Below are positions 7,696-16,112 of a stretch of DNA of 18,889 nucleotides, one piece after another. The stretch spans positions 1-18,889 of the forward strand of contig JBJMMA010000163.1 of assembly GCA_045805065.1 (NCBI GenBank). The letters are read 5' to 3'. A program made the position numbers and the translations under genes. Within the stretch, counting starts at the first letter, position 1, and each line of letters starts with the position of its first letter. This stretch comes from Bdellovibrionia bacterium. GTDB lineage: Bacteria > Bdellovibrionota > UBA1018. The notes below the pieces were generated by a model. The model did no database searches, had not been told where the DNA came from, and was given only the letters and a program-made list of their open reading frames with translations.

Positions 7696-8613
7696 TTAAG
7701 CCGCTTCGCGTCGTCTGAACTTTTCGATGTTTTCGCGAGCAAACTTCTCGAACGGAGAAGCATCCTGACCTGTAATTTCCCGCACGGTCGGAAGAACCTG
7801 CGCTGAATTCTCGGCTCGCCAAAGTCGATGCATTTCCACTAATCCTTCAGCAAGCCAGTCCGGGGTACCATCCTCAATCAGGTTTCTTCGCTCCACCTCA
7901 TCGGAGATGGGAACAAACTTGATTTGATCTCCGGTCACTAGCGAGAGAACATCGGCGATGTCTTCGTTTGAAAGCGCCTGAGGGCCCGTCAGGTTGTATT
8001 TCCGACCCTCATGACCGTTTTCAATCAAAGTGACTGCTGCCACACGGGCAACATCGCGTGCATCAATGTAGGTGGATCGATCACTCCCCAGAGCGAGATG
8101 AAAGACTCCGGCGCGCGAGATATCATCAGCATAGCTCAAGTAATTTTGGAAAAAGCCTGTGGGTCTTAAAATCACGTAGGGGATTCCGGATTGCTCAATG
8201 ACCTTTTCACAATCCTGATGCCATCGAATTAATCTGACGTTAGTGGAATTACGATCCGCGCCGTACGCGGATTGCCGGACAATCTTCCTTATTCCTGCTC
8301 GCTTGGCTGCATCAACCAGAGCTTGAACAAGTCCTTGAGGACTTGGGACTACTGGAGTGAGTAAGTAGAGCGCAGTGACGCCCTCAAATGCCTTTTCGTA
8401 GGTATCAGCGTCAAAGTAATCAAACTTGACGTATTCAATGGGCGCCTTCTGCGAGCCTTTACCTGCGCGAGCAGGAGCAGGATCAGGAATGTTTCGAACG
8501 GCTGCTCGAACTGGAACGCCTCGCCTTAGAAGTTCTTCGACAAGAGGTGATCCAACGTTGCCCGTTGCTCCCAGAACCAATACCTTATTTGGCACTTTAA
8601 TCGGCGCTTGCAT
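7696..8613 (-). CDS. NmrA-like / atypical SDR NAD(P)-binding oxidoreductase
   Basis: LVLGATGNVG, AAKRAGIRKIV, ILRPTGFFQN, IDARDVA, YNLTGPQALS; ATG 8613 preferred over TTG 8664. Confidence 0.9.
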   Translation of the reverse strand: MQAPIKVPNKVLVLGATGNVGSPLVEELLRRGVPVRAAVRNIPDPAPARAGKGSQKAPIEYVKFDYFDADTYEKAFEGVTALYLLTPVVPSPQGLVQALVDAAKRAGIRKIVRQSAYGADRNSTNVRLIRWHQDCEKVIEQSGIPYVILRPTGFFQNYLSYADDISRAGVFHLALGSDRSTYIDARDVARVAAVTLIENGHEGRKYNLTGPQALSNEDIADVLSLVTGDQIKFVPISDEVERRNLIEDGTPDWLAEGLVEMHRLWRAENSAQVLPTVREITGQDASPFEKFARENIEKFRRREAA

Positions 8614-8680
8614 AAGACTTATCCTATGCAAGCGAAGAGCCCTCCTGAACTCAATTAGCCTCAAAGAGCCTCAGAAGGTC

Positions 8681-11017
8681 TTATTTTGTGTCCATTTCCC
8701 AGGTTCCGTCCCAGTCAGCGCCAGGCGGGTGAGCTTTCAGCTTCTCGCAACGCTCAATATACATGGAGCATGCGCCGTCCATTTCTCCAAGCTTTGCCGA
8801 TTCGCCCATAATCAGGTCGTTTGCTTTCTTGAAAAGCTCGATCGCTTGGTCCCACTTCTGGTGACGATAGAAAAGACGCGCTCCCTCAAAGGCGCGACGT
8901 GCTTCTTCAGAAATCTCACGATCCAGAACTTGAATCAGTTCAACCGCATTTCTTTTGCCTTTGACCTTCACGACATCCAGCACTCGGTGAGGAGGCTCAA
9001 CTCCACCCTGCTTTTGCATCGAATCAAAGGTAAAGCGCGTGGTCACAATGCTTGTGCCGTAATACTTGGTCAGGCCCTCAAGACGTGACGCCAGGTTCAC
9101 GTGGTCGCCAATGACCGTATACGCAAAGTTATTACTGGATCCCATGTTCCCGACACTGACATTTCCGGTGTTGAGTCCAATTCCGATATCGACTTCGACT
9201 CCGTACTGCTGGCGGAAGCGATCGCGGTTCTTCTCTAGAGCCTGCATCATCTGAACTGCCGCACGGCAAGCATTTTCCGCATGATTAGGCTGATCCAGCG
9301 GCGCCCCCCAGAAAGCCATGATCGCATCACCGATGTACTTATCGAGCGTGCCGTTATTGGCAAAAACAATCTCCGTCATGATTCCCAGGTACTCATTGAG
9401 AAACATCGAAAGAGCTTTTGCGTCCATTTTCTCAGAGAACGTCGTAAAGCCGCGGATATCCGAAAAGAGAATCGTCAGATCCTTCTTTTCGCCGCCTACC
9501 GTGAGCTTGGTCGGATCTTTCAGGATGGAATCCACGACGGCAGGCGCGACATACTTTGCGAACGCACCACGGACGAATTTCTTTTTACGCTCTTCCAAAA
9601 CGTATTTTGCGGCAAGAGTGAATGCAAAGATCGTTGCAAGCTCCACAGCAAGAAGACTCGTGTTCCAATTGACGCCGTTCTTGCCAAAGAGGATTTTCAC
9701 ATCAAAAATACCCATGCCGCCGAATGCGACAATTGCCAGAATCAAAGCGGGAATCGCCTCAAGCCTCTCAACAAACAGGGCAAAAAGAATACCCCCGACG
9801 ATCATGAACGCATAGATCCAGCGAGGATCCGCCCAGCCTTCGCCGCGATTCAAAAGATCATGCGAGAGAATATTATCCAGGATATTGGCATGAACCTCTA
9901 CCCCTGCGATGTTCGATGAAAAAGGCGTTGCGCGCATATCGTATACGCCCAAGGCGGATAGCCCGATAAACACATACGCATCTTTGATCAGATCTTTTGC
10001 GCTCTCACTGGCAAGCGTTCTTCCCGATTGATCAATGATCATGAGTTCCTGAGCGCTCACGTATTTGAAAGTGTGATCCGGACCGCGGAAATTGACCTCG
10101 GCGGCACCCAGCGGGGTCACAGGGATGTTAATACCGGTGCGTGCAAGACTCAGCTGCCTCACCCGATAATCTGGATCAAGATCCACTTTGACTGCATCAT
10201 CGGAACCCGTTCGAGCGAGTTCCAGCGCCAGGGATGGATAAGCGTGTCCTTGAAGCATGACGACCATCGGCACGCGTCGCATGATCCCATCGGGATCAGG
10301 CTCGACGTAGAAGAAGCCAGCGTGCTTTCCTGCTTGGTTGTACTCCGGCAGATTCGCGATCACGCTGAATGCAGAGGGAATATTGGTCTTTGTGACGTCA
10401 AAGTCTGTGATGTTTTGTTGAGTTGCTGCGAACTTCTCATAGCCCGCAGGAAGTTCTTTCAGCAGTTCAGGCTCGTTGACCGGACAATCCTTGGCCCCCA
10501 GATATCTGGGTTGGCAGATCCCAAGCGGCGTCCATCCCAAAACCAATCGGTCATTGAAAAATCCGATTCGTTCCGTGAGCAGACGATCCGTTTCCAACTT
10601 GCTTTGAAGCTTGGAGAAGAGCTCCGGGTTACCCAGCTCTGCCTGAAGCTCCTCTGGAACGCGACGATCCGCTTCTGAGAACACGATATCGAGCGCAACA
10701 GCCTTGGCGCCGAGCTCCATGGTTCGTTGAATCAAATAAGCCGTATGGTTGCGGTGCCACGGCCATCGCCCGACAGAATCAATGGATTCGTTATCGATAT
10801 CGACGACGACAATCTTGTGTTTTGGGGCTTGCGAACCCCGCAAGCGAAACTTCATATCCGTAAACGTCGAAGAGAGATTTCTCAGTTTCGGAAAAATCGA
10901 GTCTCTGAGAAACCGATTCTCAAGCTGGCCGTTTACGCCAAGCTCGGAGATATGAAAAGCCAGGGTCATCAATGCGATCAACGGCACTTGCCACAACCAG
11001 AGCTTGTTTTTCAGCAT
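8681..11017 (-). CDS. CHASE2-domain class III adenylate cyclase
   Basis: CHASE2 (VDIDNESI, GRWPWHR, DPDGIMRR, GVEVHA), three TM helices, and cyclase motifs FSDIRGFT, DKYIGDAIMAFWGAP, YTVIGDHVNLASRLEG, VKVKGK. Lys/Thr specifiers suggest ATP as substrate. GAGG upstream. Confidence 0.95.
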   Translation of the reverse strand: MLKNKLWLWQVPLIALMTLAFHISELGVNGQLENRFLRDSIFPKLRNLSSTFTDMKFRLRGSQAPKHKIVVVDIDNESIDSVGRWPWHRNHTAYLIQRTMELGAKAVALDIVFSEADRRVPEELQAELGNPELFSKLQSKLETDRLLTERIGFFNDRLVLGWTPLGICQPRYLGAKDCPVNEPELLKELPAGYEKFAATQQNITDFDVTKTNIPSAFSVIANLPEYNQAGKHAGFFYVEPDPDGIMRRVPMVVMLQGHAYPSLALELARTGSDDAVKVDLDPDYRVRQLSLARTGINIPVTPLGAAEVNFRGPDHTFKYVSAQELMIIDQSGRTLASESAKDLIKDAYVFIGLSALGVYDMRATPFSSNIAGVEVHANILDNILSHDLLNRGEGWADPRWIYAFMIVGGILFALFVERLEAIPALILAIVAFGGMGIFDVKILFGKNGVNWNTSLLAVELATIFAFTLAAKYVLEERKKKFVRGAFAKYVAPAVVDSILKDPTKLTVGGEKKDLTILFSDIRGFTTFSEKMDAKALSMFLNEYLGIMTEIVFANNGTLDKYIGDAIMAFWGAPLDQPNHAENACRAAVQMMQALEKNRDRFRQQYGVEVDIGIGLNTGNVSVGNMGSSNNFAYTVIGDHVNLASRLEGLTKYYGTSIVTTRFTFDSMQKQGGVEPPHRVLDVVKVKGKRNAVELIQVLDREISEEARRAFEGARLFYRHQKWDQAIELFKKANDLIMGESAKLGEMDGACSMYIERCEKLKAHPPGADWDGTWEMDTK

Positions 11018-11066
11018 ATGGACCCTTTTCCTCTGTCAGTATCTGTAGGTACCTGTATTCCTTTGC

Positions 11067-11094
11067 TTATCGGTCAAAAACCGCGCCGGATTGA
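11067..11094 (-). promoter_or_regulatory. Candidate sigma28 (FliA) promoter of the adenylate cyclase
   Basis: Minus strand TCAA-N16-ACCGATAA versus consensus TAAA-N15-GCCGATAA, about 50 bp upstream of the ATG. Confidence 0.55.
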
Positions 11095-11118
11095 GGGAAT
11101 TTACTTTTCTCCAAGCCC

Positions 11119-11148
11119 TTGAACTTATTTGCTAAATTGGACTAAACT
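11119..11148 (+). promoter_or_regulatory. Candidate sigma70 promoter giving a leaderless GIY-YIG transcript
   Basis: TTGAAC-N18-TAAACT, then 7 nt to ATG 11156; no SD. Confidence 0.5.
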
Positions 11149-11155
11149 GCCTCTA

Positions 11156-12085
11156 ATGTCCGAGCAGGTCCAGCCTCAACAGCAACGCCTTTTTGCTTAC
11201 GATAACCCGCTCAAAAAGAGATTTGAAAAGGAGTTCTTCGCAGGAATTCCGAAACTTCCGGGCATCTACATTTTCAGAGGCTCCATCGGCGAGATCCTGT
11301 ACATCGGAAAAGCCAAGGACCTCAGAGCGCGCTTAAGATCCTATCCGCGAGCACGCCCCGAGAACGTCTCGCGAAAAGTGATTCGCATGCTTCACCTGGT
11401 TCGCACGATCGAATGGGAGATCTGCGAGAGCGAAGAGGCAGCACTCCTTCGCGAGAACGAGCTTCTCAGAACTAAACAGCCACCCTTTAACGTGGTGAAC
11501 ACGCATCCTGAAAGCTACTACTTCATCACGATCGAGAAGACATCCTCCAGTTTTCTTTTTCGCCTCACAACGGATCCCTCGGTCCTGATTCATGCCGAAG
11601 ACAGCAAGACCTCAAGTTCATTGACCAACGTCTTTGGAGCTTTCAAAGGTCGTGGCTCTGTTCGGGAAGGATACTCCGCACTTCTCAGGCTTCTTTGGGC
11701 TGCTCATTATCCGGAAGATGCCGGAGATCGCTTTGAGTTCCCGAGTTCACTGAATCCCAATCGCAGAACGGGGCTTCCTTATCGCTTTGAGCTCGACACT
11801 TTAAAGCCTGAAAATGTCCGAACGGAACGATTGATCCGGCGTTTCCTCGCCGGCACCTCTCGCTCGCTTCTGACTCATCTCACTGCTCAGCTGCTTGCCA
11901 ATGAACGCATTCCACGTTTCATCTATCGTTGCATTCAGGAAGATCTGGAAACATTGGAAGCATTCTATCATCGTGGTCCCCATCGCAATCGACGACTCAA
12001 GCGTCATCACCGGCTTGCGGCTCACCAAGTGATTCCTCAGGAGCGGCTTGATGATCTGATCGTGGGTTACCGCTTTCAACGCTAG
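11156..12085 (+). CDS. GIY-YIG endonuclease (UvrC N-terminal / Cho-like)
   Basis: IPKLPGIYIF, LYIGKAKDLRARLRSY, SEEAALLRENELL, PPFN; too short to be full UvrC. Confidence 0.88.
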   Translation: MSEQVQPQQQRLFAYDNPLKKRFEKEFFAGIPKLPGIYIFRGSIGEILYIGKAKDLRARLRSYPRARPENVSRKVIRMLHLVRTIEWEICESEEAALLRENELLRTKQPPFNVVNTHPESYYFITIEKTSSSFLFRLTTDPSVLIHAEDSKTSSSLTNVFGAFKGRGSVREGYSALLRLLWAAHYPEDAGDRFEFPSSLNPNRRTGLPYRFELDTLKPENVRTERLIRRFLAGTSRSLLTHLTAQLLANERIPRFIYRCIQEDLETLEAFYHRGPHRNRRLKRHHRLAAHQVIPQERLDDLIVGYRFQR

Positions 12086-12119
12086 CGCGTTGGTGCTCAA
12101 CGATAGGGACCAAATGCTC

Positions 12120-12136
12120 AGGGCACGTCTCTTGCC
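12120..12136 (+). promoter_or_regulatory. Candidate sigma54 (-24/-12) promoter of the small membrane protein
   Basis: AGGGCACGTCTCTTGCC has GG-N10-GC with GGCACG and TTGC matching the consensus. Predicted TSS about 12147, upstream of the SD AAGGAG. Confidence 0.6.
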
Positions 12137-12173
12137 ATCTCTGGTTTTCAAAAAGAAAAAGGAGATTCCCATT

Positions 12174-12476
12174 ATGGCTCAAGCAGCTATGGATAATGTT
12201 TCTGGAATGATGCAAAAGAACCAGAACCTCGAAGAAGGCGAACTGACCAAACGCATCGAAGAACAGACTGCCAAGGTCCCATCGGTTGGATTTCTAGGTC
12301 TCGCAGTCGGCAGCATGGTGCTCTCCGCAGGGCTTGCTATTTTCTCCGAGCGAAAAGAATTCGCAAACTTCGTTGGCCTCTGGGCCCCATCGTTCCTTTT
12401 GCTTGGCATCTACAACAAGATCGTCAAGCTTCAGGGCTCTGACATGAATCATCAGCCTCAGCGCGCAAACCGCTAA
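12174..12476 (+). CDS. Small hypothetical membrane protein (100 aa, 2 TM)
   Basis: Strong SD AAGGAG. EGELTKRIEEQTAKVPS...FVGLWAPSFLLLGIYNKIVK resembles an uncharacterised small-protein family as I recall it. Followed by a terminator. Confidence 0.85.
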   Translation: MAQAAMDNVSGMMQKNQNLEEGELTKRIEEQTAKVPSVGFLGLAVGSMVLSAGLAIFSERKEFANFVGLWAPSFLLLGIYNKIVKLQGSDMNHQPQRANR

Positions 12477-12512
12477 CTGAAGCCTGAGAATTGTCAGTCG
12501 GAATTGAGAGTT

Positions 12513-12553
12513 CCCGGGTCTGGCCCTTGTGGCTGGATCCGGGTTTTTATTTT
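12513..12553 (+). terminator. Rho-independent terminator
   Basis: 13-bp stem CCCGGGTCTGGCC / GGCTGGATCCGGG (three G-U pairs), loop CTTGT, then TTTTTATTTT. Confidence 0.85.
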
Positions 12554-13053
12554 CTTTTAAGAGCCGCGATCATCTTTTCTTTAGCGACGTTGATCGCTTC
12601 GGCAATCCCCTGTGCATCCTGCCACTCACGCGAGCCCGGACGACCGATCCGATCTGGATGATATTGCTTCATGAGCTCACGATAGGCAGCACGAATCTCC
12701 TGCTCAGTCGCTTGCGCCCTGACGCCGAGGATTTGATGAGGCTCACCTTGAATCGATATGCCAGAGAGCCGAAGTGGCTCAGCCTTTTTTGAATACCGGG
12801 CGTTAGCTAAGGGATCCTCGGCCGCGCCAAGCATTTGGGGCTTCTGGCCAATCGTTTTCTTCAAGTCATGTTTCAGATCCGCTTCGCGGACCCGGAATCC
12901 AGAGGGCGTCTCGCGCTGCTTGAGCCAGTAAAACGCTGAAATCACCAACCCCCCAAAACCGATCTGGATCATATAGGCATAGGATCGCACTCGTTCAGGA
13001 TCAGCATCCTGAAGCAGGCTTTGAATCCATCTGACGAGGATCTGGGAGATCAT
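12547..13053 (-). CDS. Membrane-anchored J-domain (DnaJ-like) protein
   Basis: C-terminal J domain PHQILGV...EIRAAYRELMKQYHPD...INVA; one TM segment near the N-terminus; upstream TTGATT-N17-GATACT. Confidence 0.88.
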   Translation of the reverse strand: MISQILVRWIQSLLQDADPERVRSYAYMIQIGFGGLVISAFYWLKQRETPSGFRVREADLKHDLKKTIGQKPQMLGAAEDPLANARYSKKAEPLRLSGISIQGEPHQILGVRAQATEQEIRAAYRELMKQYHPDRIGRPGSREWQDAQGIAEAINVAKEKMIAALKRK

Positions 13054-13137
13054 TCTTCCATCAGTATCTCTTTAGTCAGAGTCCTAATCAAGTTCTCTTG
13101 CGCAAGGCATAAATCCTGCGTTCAGGGCTCCCCTTCT

Positions 13138-15210
13138 ATGAAGGCCCTACTCGTTTTTATCCTCCTCACTGGCATGAGCCTCTCCCTTTCCTGCTCGGCG
13201 CTTGCGGAAACTTTTCCGTGCCCACTCAGCTCTCGCTTTCCTGGATTCACGCTTTCTGAGAACCCGAAGTGCCGGGCTTCGATCTCAAACGGGGAAATTC
13301 GGATCTGCCTCAGTGAAGGGCTTTGGCATCAGTGGCTCATTCTTAAAAGTCCTCCTGAGATCTGTGGGGATCTGACAGGGGATTGGCGACTGAGTTCACC
13401 ACTTGCCATTGAGCCTATATCTAAGCCTAAAATACTTTTTTCGAGTTTTCGCATTCACTTCCTCCCCTCCTCTTCCAGCCGAGGTATTTCATCCCTTTGG
13501 CTAGGGATTCAAAGAACGAGAGAAGATCTCTCTCAAAAACTGAAGCCCTTCGATCCCTGGGGCATTTATCGTGCGATGACTTTAGGAGAACAAAATTCAA
13601 ACAGCCCTCAAAGTTTTCTTCGCTCCATTGGTTTTTTTCATCTTCTGAACGCGAGCGGAGTCCATCTTTACGCGCTTGCGATTTTCATTGGCTTCATCTC
13701 AAAACATCTTCTGATGAGCGCGCAACTTCCGGCGACATATGCCATTCGAACGTCGCGCATCATTACGTTTCTTTCTTGGATTTGGGCATGGCTACTCTGT
13801 GGATGTCGGCCAGGAATGCTTCGACCCGCCTTTGTGGGCTGCGCGAAACTCTCCTCGCAAAGCTTAGGCTTTAAGTGGCGCTACTGGGCGCCTTTCGCGT
13901 TATCGTTTGGTCTGGAGTTCATTTGCGCGATCATTCATGACAAAGCATTTTTTAATGAGGGACGAGTTGAAGTCGCTCTTGCCGTGGGAGGCTTTCTCAT
14001 GGCCGTTCAAGGAGAGCGCTCTCATTGGCTTGCGCTGATGGGAGGATGGATCTTTGTCGCCATCGTGCAAGCCTATCATTGCCACTCGATCTCTTTACTC
14101 GCGCCAGCCTTAGGTTTTCTGAGCCTCCCCTTGTTTTGCTCGTTGTCTTATCCTTTGATCCTCTCAGGTCTGGCTTTCATTCATCCGCTCGGAGCTGCAA
14201 TGCTTCAAGCGCCTTTTTGGGTGTTGCATATCCTTGTCGCTTACACCTTGAAGCTTCCAAGCCTATGGGTAATATCCAGGCCCTCCTTGAGCCTTGGGCT
14301 CGCTTTTGGGCTGCTCTGGATGGCTCTATCTATAAGTCTGCGACGCCTGGTACGAGTCCTTATCCTTCTTCCACTTTTTCTGGCAGCGCTTGCCACTCGC
14401 TTGAGCCCAGGCCGTTATGAAAGTTTTGAGTCTTCGGCAAGAGAAGTCGTTCAGCTCGACGTAGGACAAGGCGATAGCGCACTTGTACTTTCTGCTGACA
14501 CCAATCATGCGGGACTCATTGATGCAGGCTCAGCTCACACGCTGAACGATCCTCAATGGATCCAGACTCTCTCACAAGAAGGCATCACGCGACTGGATTG
14601 GATCGGACTGACTCACTTGGATGAGGATCATGCGGGTGGCGTGGAAAGACTTTCTCGCCTAGTCCCCATCGGATGCATCGCAAGCTCACGCCAGGAAGTC
14701 TGGTCTGAGCGCGGACAAAAGATGGCACAAAGACTGATGACGCGAGGGATTCGACTGGAGAGCTGGGATACGGGTTGCGTTCCCTTTCCCATTTACCGAC
14801 CTCGTGATCTGCCCACTCAAAAGCATCACAAAGCGAATGGAAATCTTCAGATGAGTGCCGTTCTGGTTCCACTTCATTCAGGAGATTTCTATCTGTCCGC
14901 AGGAGATGCAGAAGGAGACGATGAGATCTCCATTATGAAATGGGCAAACCAGAACGCACCTGCTCCTGGTCAAAGAATTCTCAAGATCAGTCATCATGGA
15001 TCCAATACTTCTTCAGATCCAAAAGCGCTGAAGCTCTTTCATCCTGACTCGGCTGTCATTTCCGTAGGACTCGGAAACCGCTATGGACATCCGACTGCGG
15101 AAGTCTTGAGCAGACTTTCCGAAATGAAAATCCCCGTGCATCGTACGGACCTTGAGGGTCCGTTCAGAGCAGGAGACGTCCTCCATCGACCACCAGAACA
15201 TCGCCCGTGA
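13138..15210 (+). CDS. comEC: ComEC/Rec2 DNA-uptake channel protein with C-terminal metallo-beta-lactamase domain
   Basis: Competence-domain motif GFFHLLNASGVH and multiple TM helices; MBL motifs LDVGQGDS, IDAG, THLDEDHAGG, KISHHGS, ISVGLGNRYGHP, RTDLEG. ATG 13138 preferred. Confidence 0.85.
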   Translation: MKALLVFILLTGMSLSLSCSALAETFPCPLSSRFPGFTLSENPKCRASISNGEIRICLSEGLWHQWLILKSPPEICGDLTGDWRLSSPLAIEPISKPKILFSSFRIHFLPSSSSRGISSLWLGIQRTREDLSQKLKPFDPWGIYRAMTLGEQNSNSPQSFLRSIGFFHLLNASGVHLYALAIFIGFISKHLLMSAQLPATYAIRTSRIITFLSWIWAWLLCGCRPGMLRPAFVGCAKLSSQSLGFKWRYWAPFALSFGLEFICAIIHDKAFFNEGRVEVALAVGGFLMAVQGERSHWLALMGGWIFVAIVQAYHCHSISLLAPALGFLSLPLFCSLSYPLILSGLAFIHPLGAAMLQAPFWVLHILVAYTLKLPSLWVISRPSLSLGLAFGLLWMALSISLRRLVRVLILLPLFLAALATRLSPGRYESFESSAREVVQLDVGQGDSALVLSADTNHAGLIDAGSAHTLNDPQWIQTLSQEGITRLDWIGLTHLDEDHAGGVERLSRLVPIGCIASSRQEVWSERGQKMAQRLMTRGIRLESWDTGCVPFPIYRPRDLPTQKHHKANGNLQMSAVLVPLHSGDFYLSAGDAEGDDEISIMKWANQNAPAPGQRILKISHHGSNTSSDPKALKLFHPDSAVISVGLGNRYGHPTAEVLSRLSEMKIPVHRTDLEGPFRAGDVLHRPPEHRP

Positions 15211-15952
15211 TCCAGGACGCTTCATCGCTCAAAAGAAAGCGAATCGCGCCTGCGACGTCTTCTGGCTCACCCACGCGCCCCAACGGCATCGCGGCTCCGC
15301 GCTTTTGGTAGAACTCCTCAAGCTCGGTCCGGCTCGAGTGATAAGCCTCATGAAGCGGCGTTTTCACAATGCCCGGGCAAACGCAATTCACGGTGATTCC
15401 GTGTTTTCCAATCTCTTTGGCCATGGTCTTGGTCATGTGAATCATGGCTGCTTTAGACACCGAGTAAGCGAGCGCAAAATGATTGGGCAGAAGTCCTGCG
15501 GTCGAGGAAACATTTACGATGCGTCCGCCGTTTCCACCTTTCGCCATCACGGCAGTCACGGCTTGAGTGAGAAGAAACGGTCCTTTGAGATTCACATCAA
15601 AGCACTCATCCCAGGATTCTTCGGTCGTCGTTTCCGTTCCACCAAAAGGATAAACTCCGGCGTTGTTCACCAGTCCGTAAATTCCCTGATAGGTGCTTGC
15701 GATTTTCTCGACCGTTGCCTTGATGGCTTTTGAGTCTCTCAGATCGCAGGTTGCGATTCCCACGGAATCGTTTTGGCCTCCCAGGGCTTTGGCTGCCTCT
15801 TCAAGCTTCACGCGGTTTCGGCCTAAAAGAACAACTCGGAACTGCTGAGTCTCCCCGGATTCTTGGAGGAGCATCTTCGCGCTCTCAAATCCAATTCCGC
15901 TACCACCGCCAGTTACCACCACTGTCTTCAGCTGCCGATTTCGATTTGCCAT
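15164..15952 (-). CDS. Classical SDR oxidoreductase (FabG-like)
   Basis: TGGGSGIG, VNNAG, NVSS, YSVSK (YxxxK), VCPG, ITGDVLVVDGG. Confidence 0.94.
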   Translation of the reverse strand: MANRNRQLKTVVVTGGGSGIGFESAKMLLQESGETQQFRVVLLGRNRVKLEEAAKALGGQNDSVGIATCDLRDSKAIKATVEKIASTYQGIYGLVNNAGVYPFGGTETTTEESWDECFDVNLKGPFLLTQAVTAVMAKGGNGGRIVNVSSTAGLLPNHFALAYSVSKAAMIHMTKTMAKEIGKHGITVNCVCPGIVKTPLHEAYHSSRTELEEFYQKRGAAMPLGRVGEPEDVAGAIRFLLSDEASWITGDVLVVDGGRLLL

Positions 15953-16016
15953 AGGTAGTTCTAGCGTAGCAGAAAGCTGGCCGATTGAAGTAGAAATTTT
16001 GAACCATTCCGGGGGT

Positions 16017-16088
16017 TTGCCTGTAGCCGTCAGCCTGTAGTATACTTGTTCTATCAGCTATTAATTGAATCGATCGTTTTGCCGATAA
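16017..16088 (+). promoter_or_regulatory. Tandem candidate sigma70 and sigma28 promoters of the metzincin gene
   Basis: TTGCCT(16017)-N18-TATACT(16041) and TAAT(16062)-N15-GCCGATAA(16081), the latter with a perfect FliA -10. Confidence 0.6.
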
Positions 16089-16112
16089 GACCTAGTGGGG
16101 AACGGTTTTCTA

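Noticed and set aside
9066..11122. Several long + strand ORFs (up to 216 aa) opposite the cyclase
   Set aside because: Antisense shadows of a well-supported gene, with no recognisable motifs.
8681..12085. Cyclase plus nuclease as a Pycsar/CBASS-like defence system
   Set aside because: The genes are divergent, the cyclase is an ordinary CHASE2 membrane signalling type, and no cyclic-nucleotide-binding effector is present.
15152..15733. 193-aa + strand ORF opposite the SDR
   Set aside because: Long antisense frames are common opposite SDR genes; no independent coding evidence.
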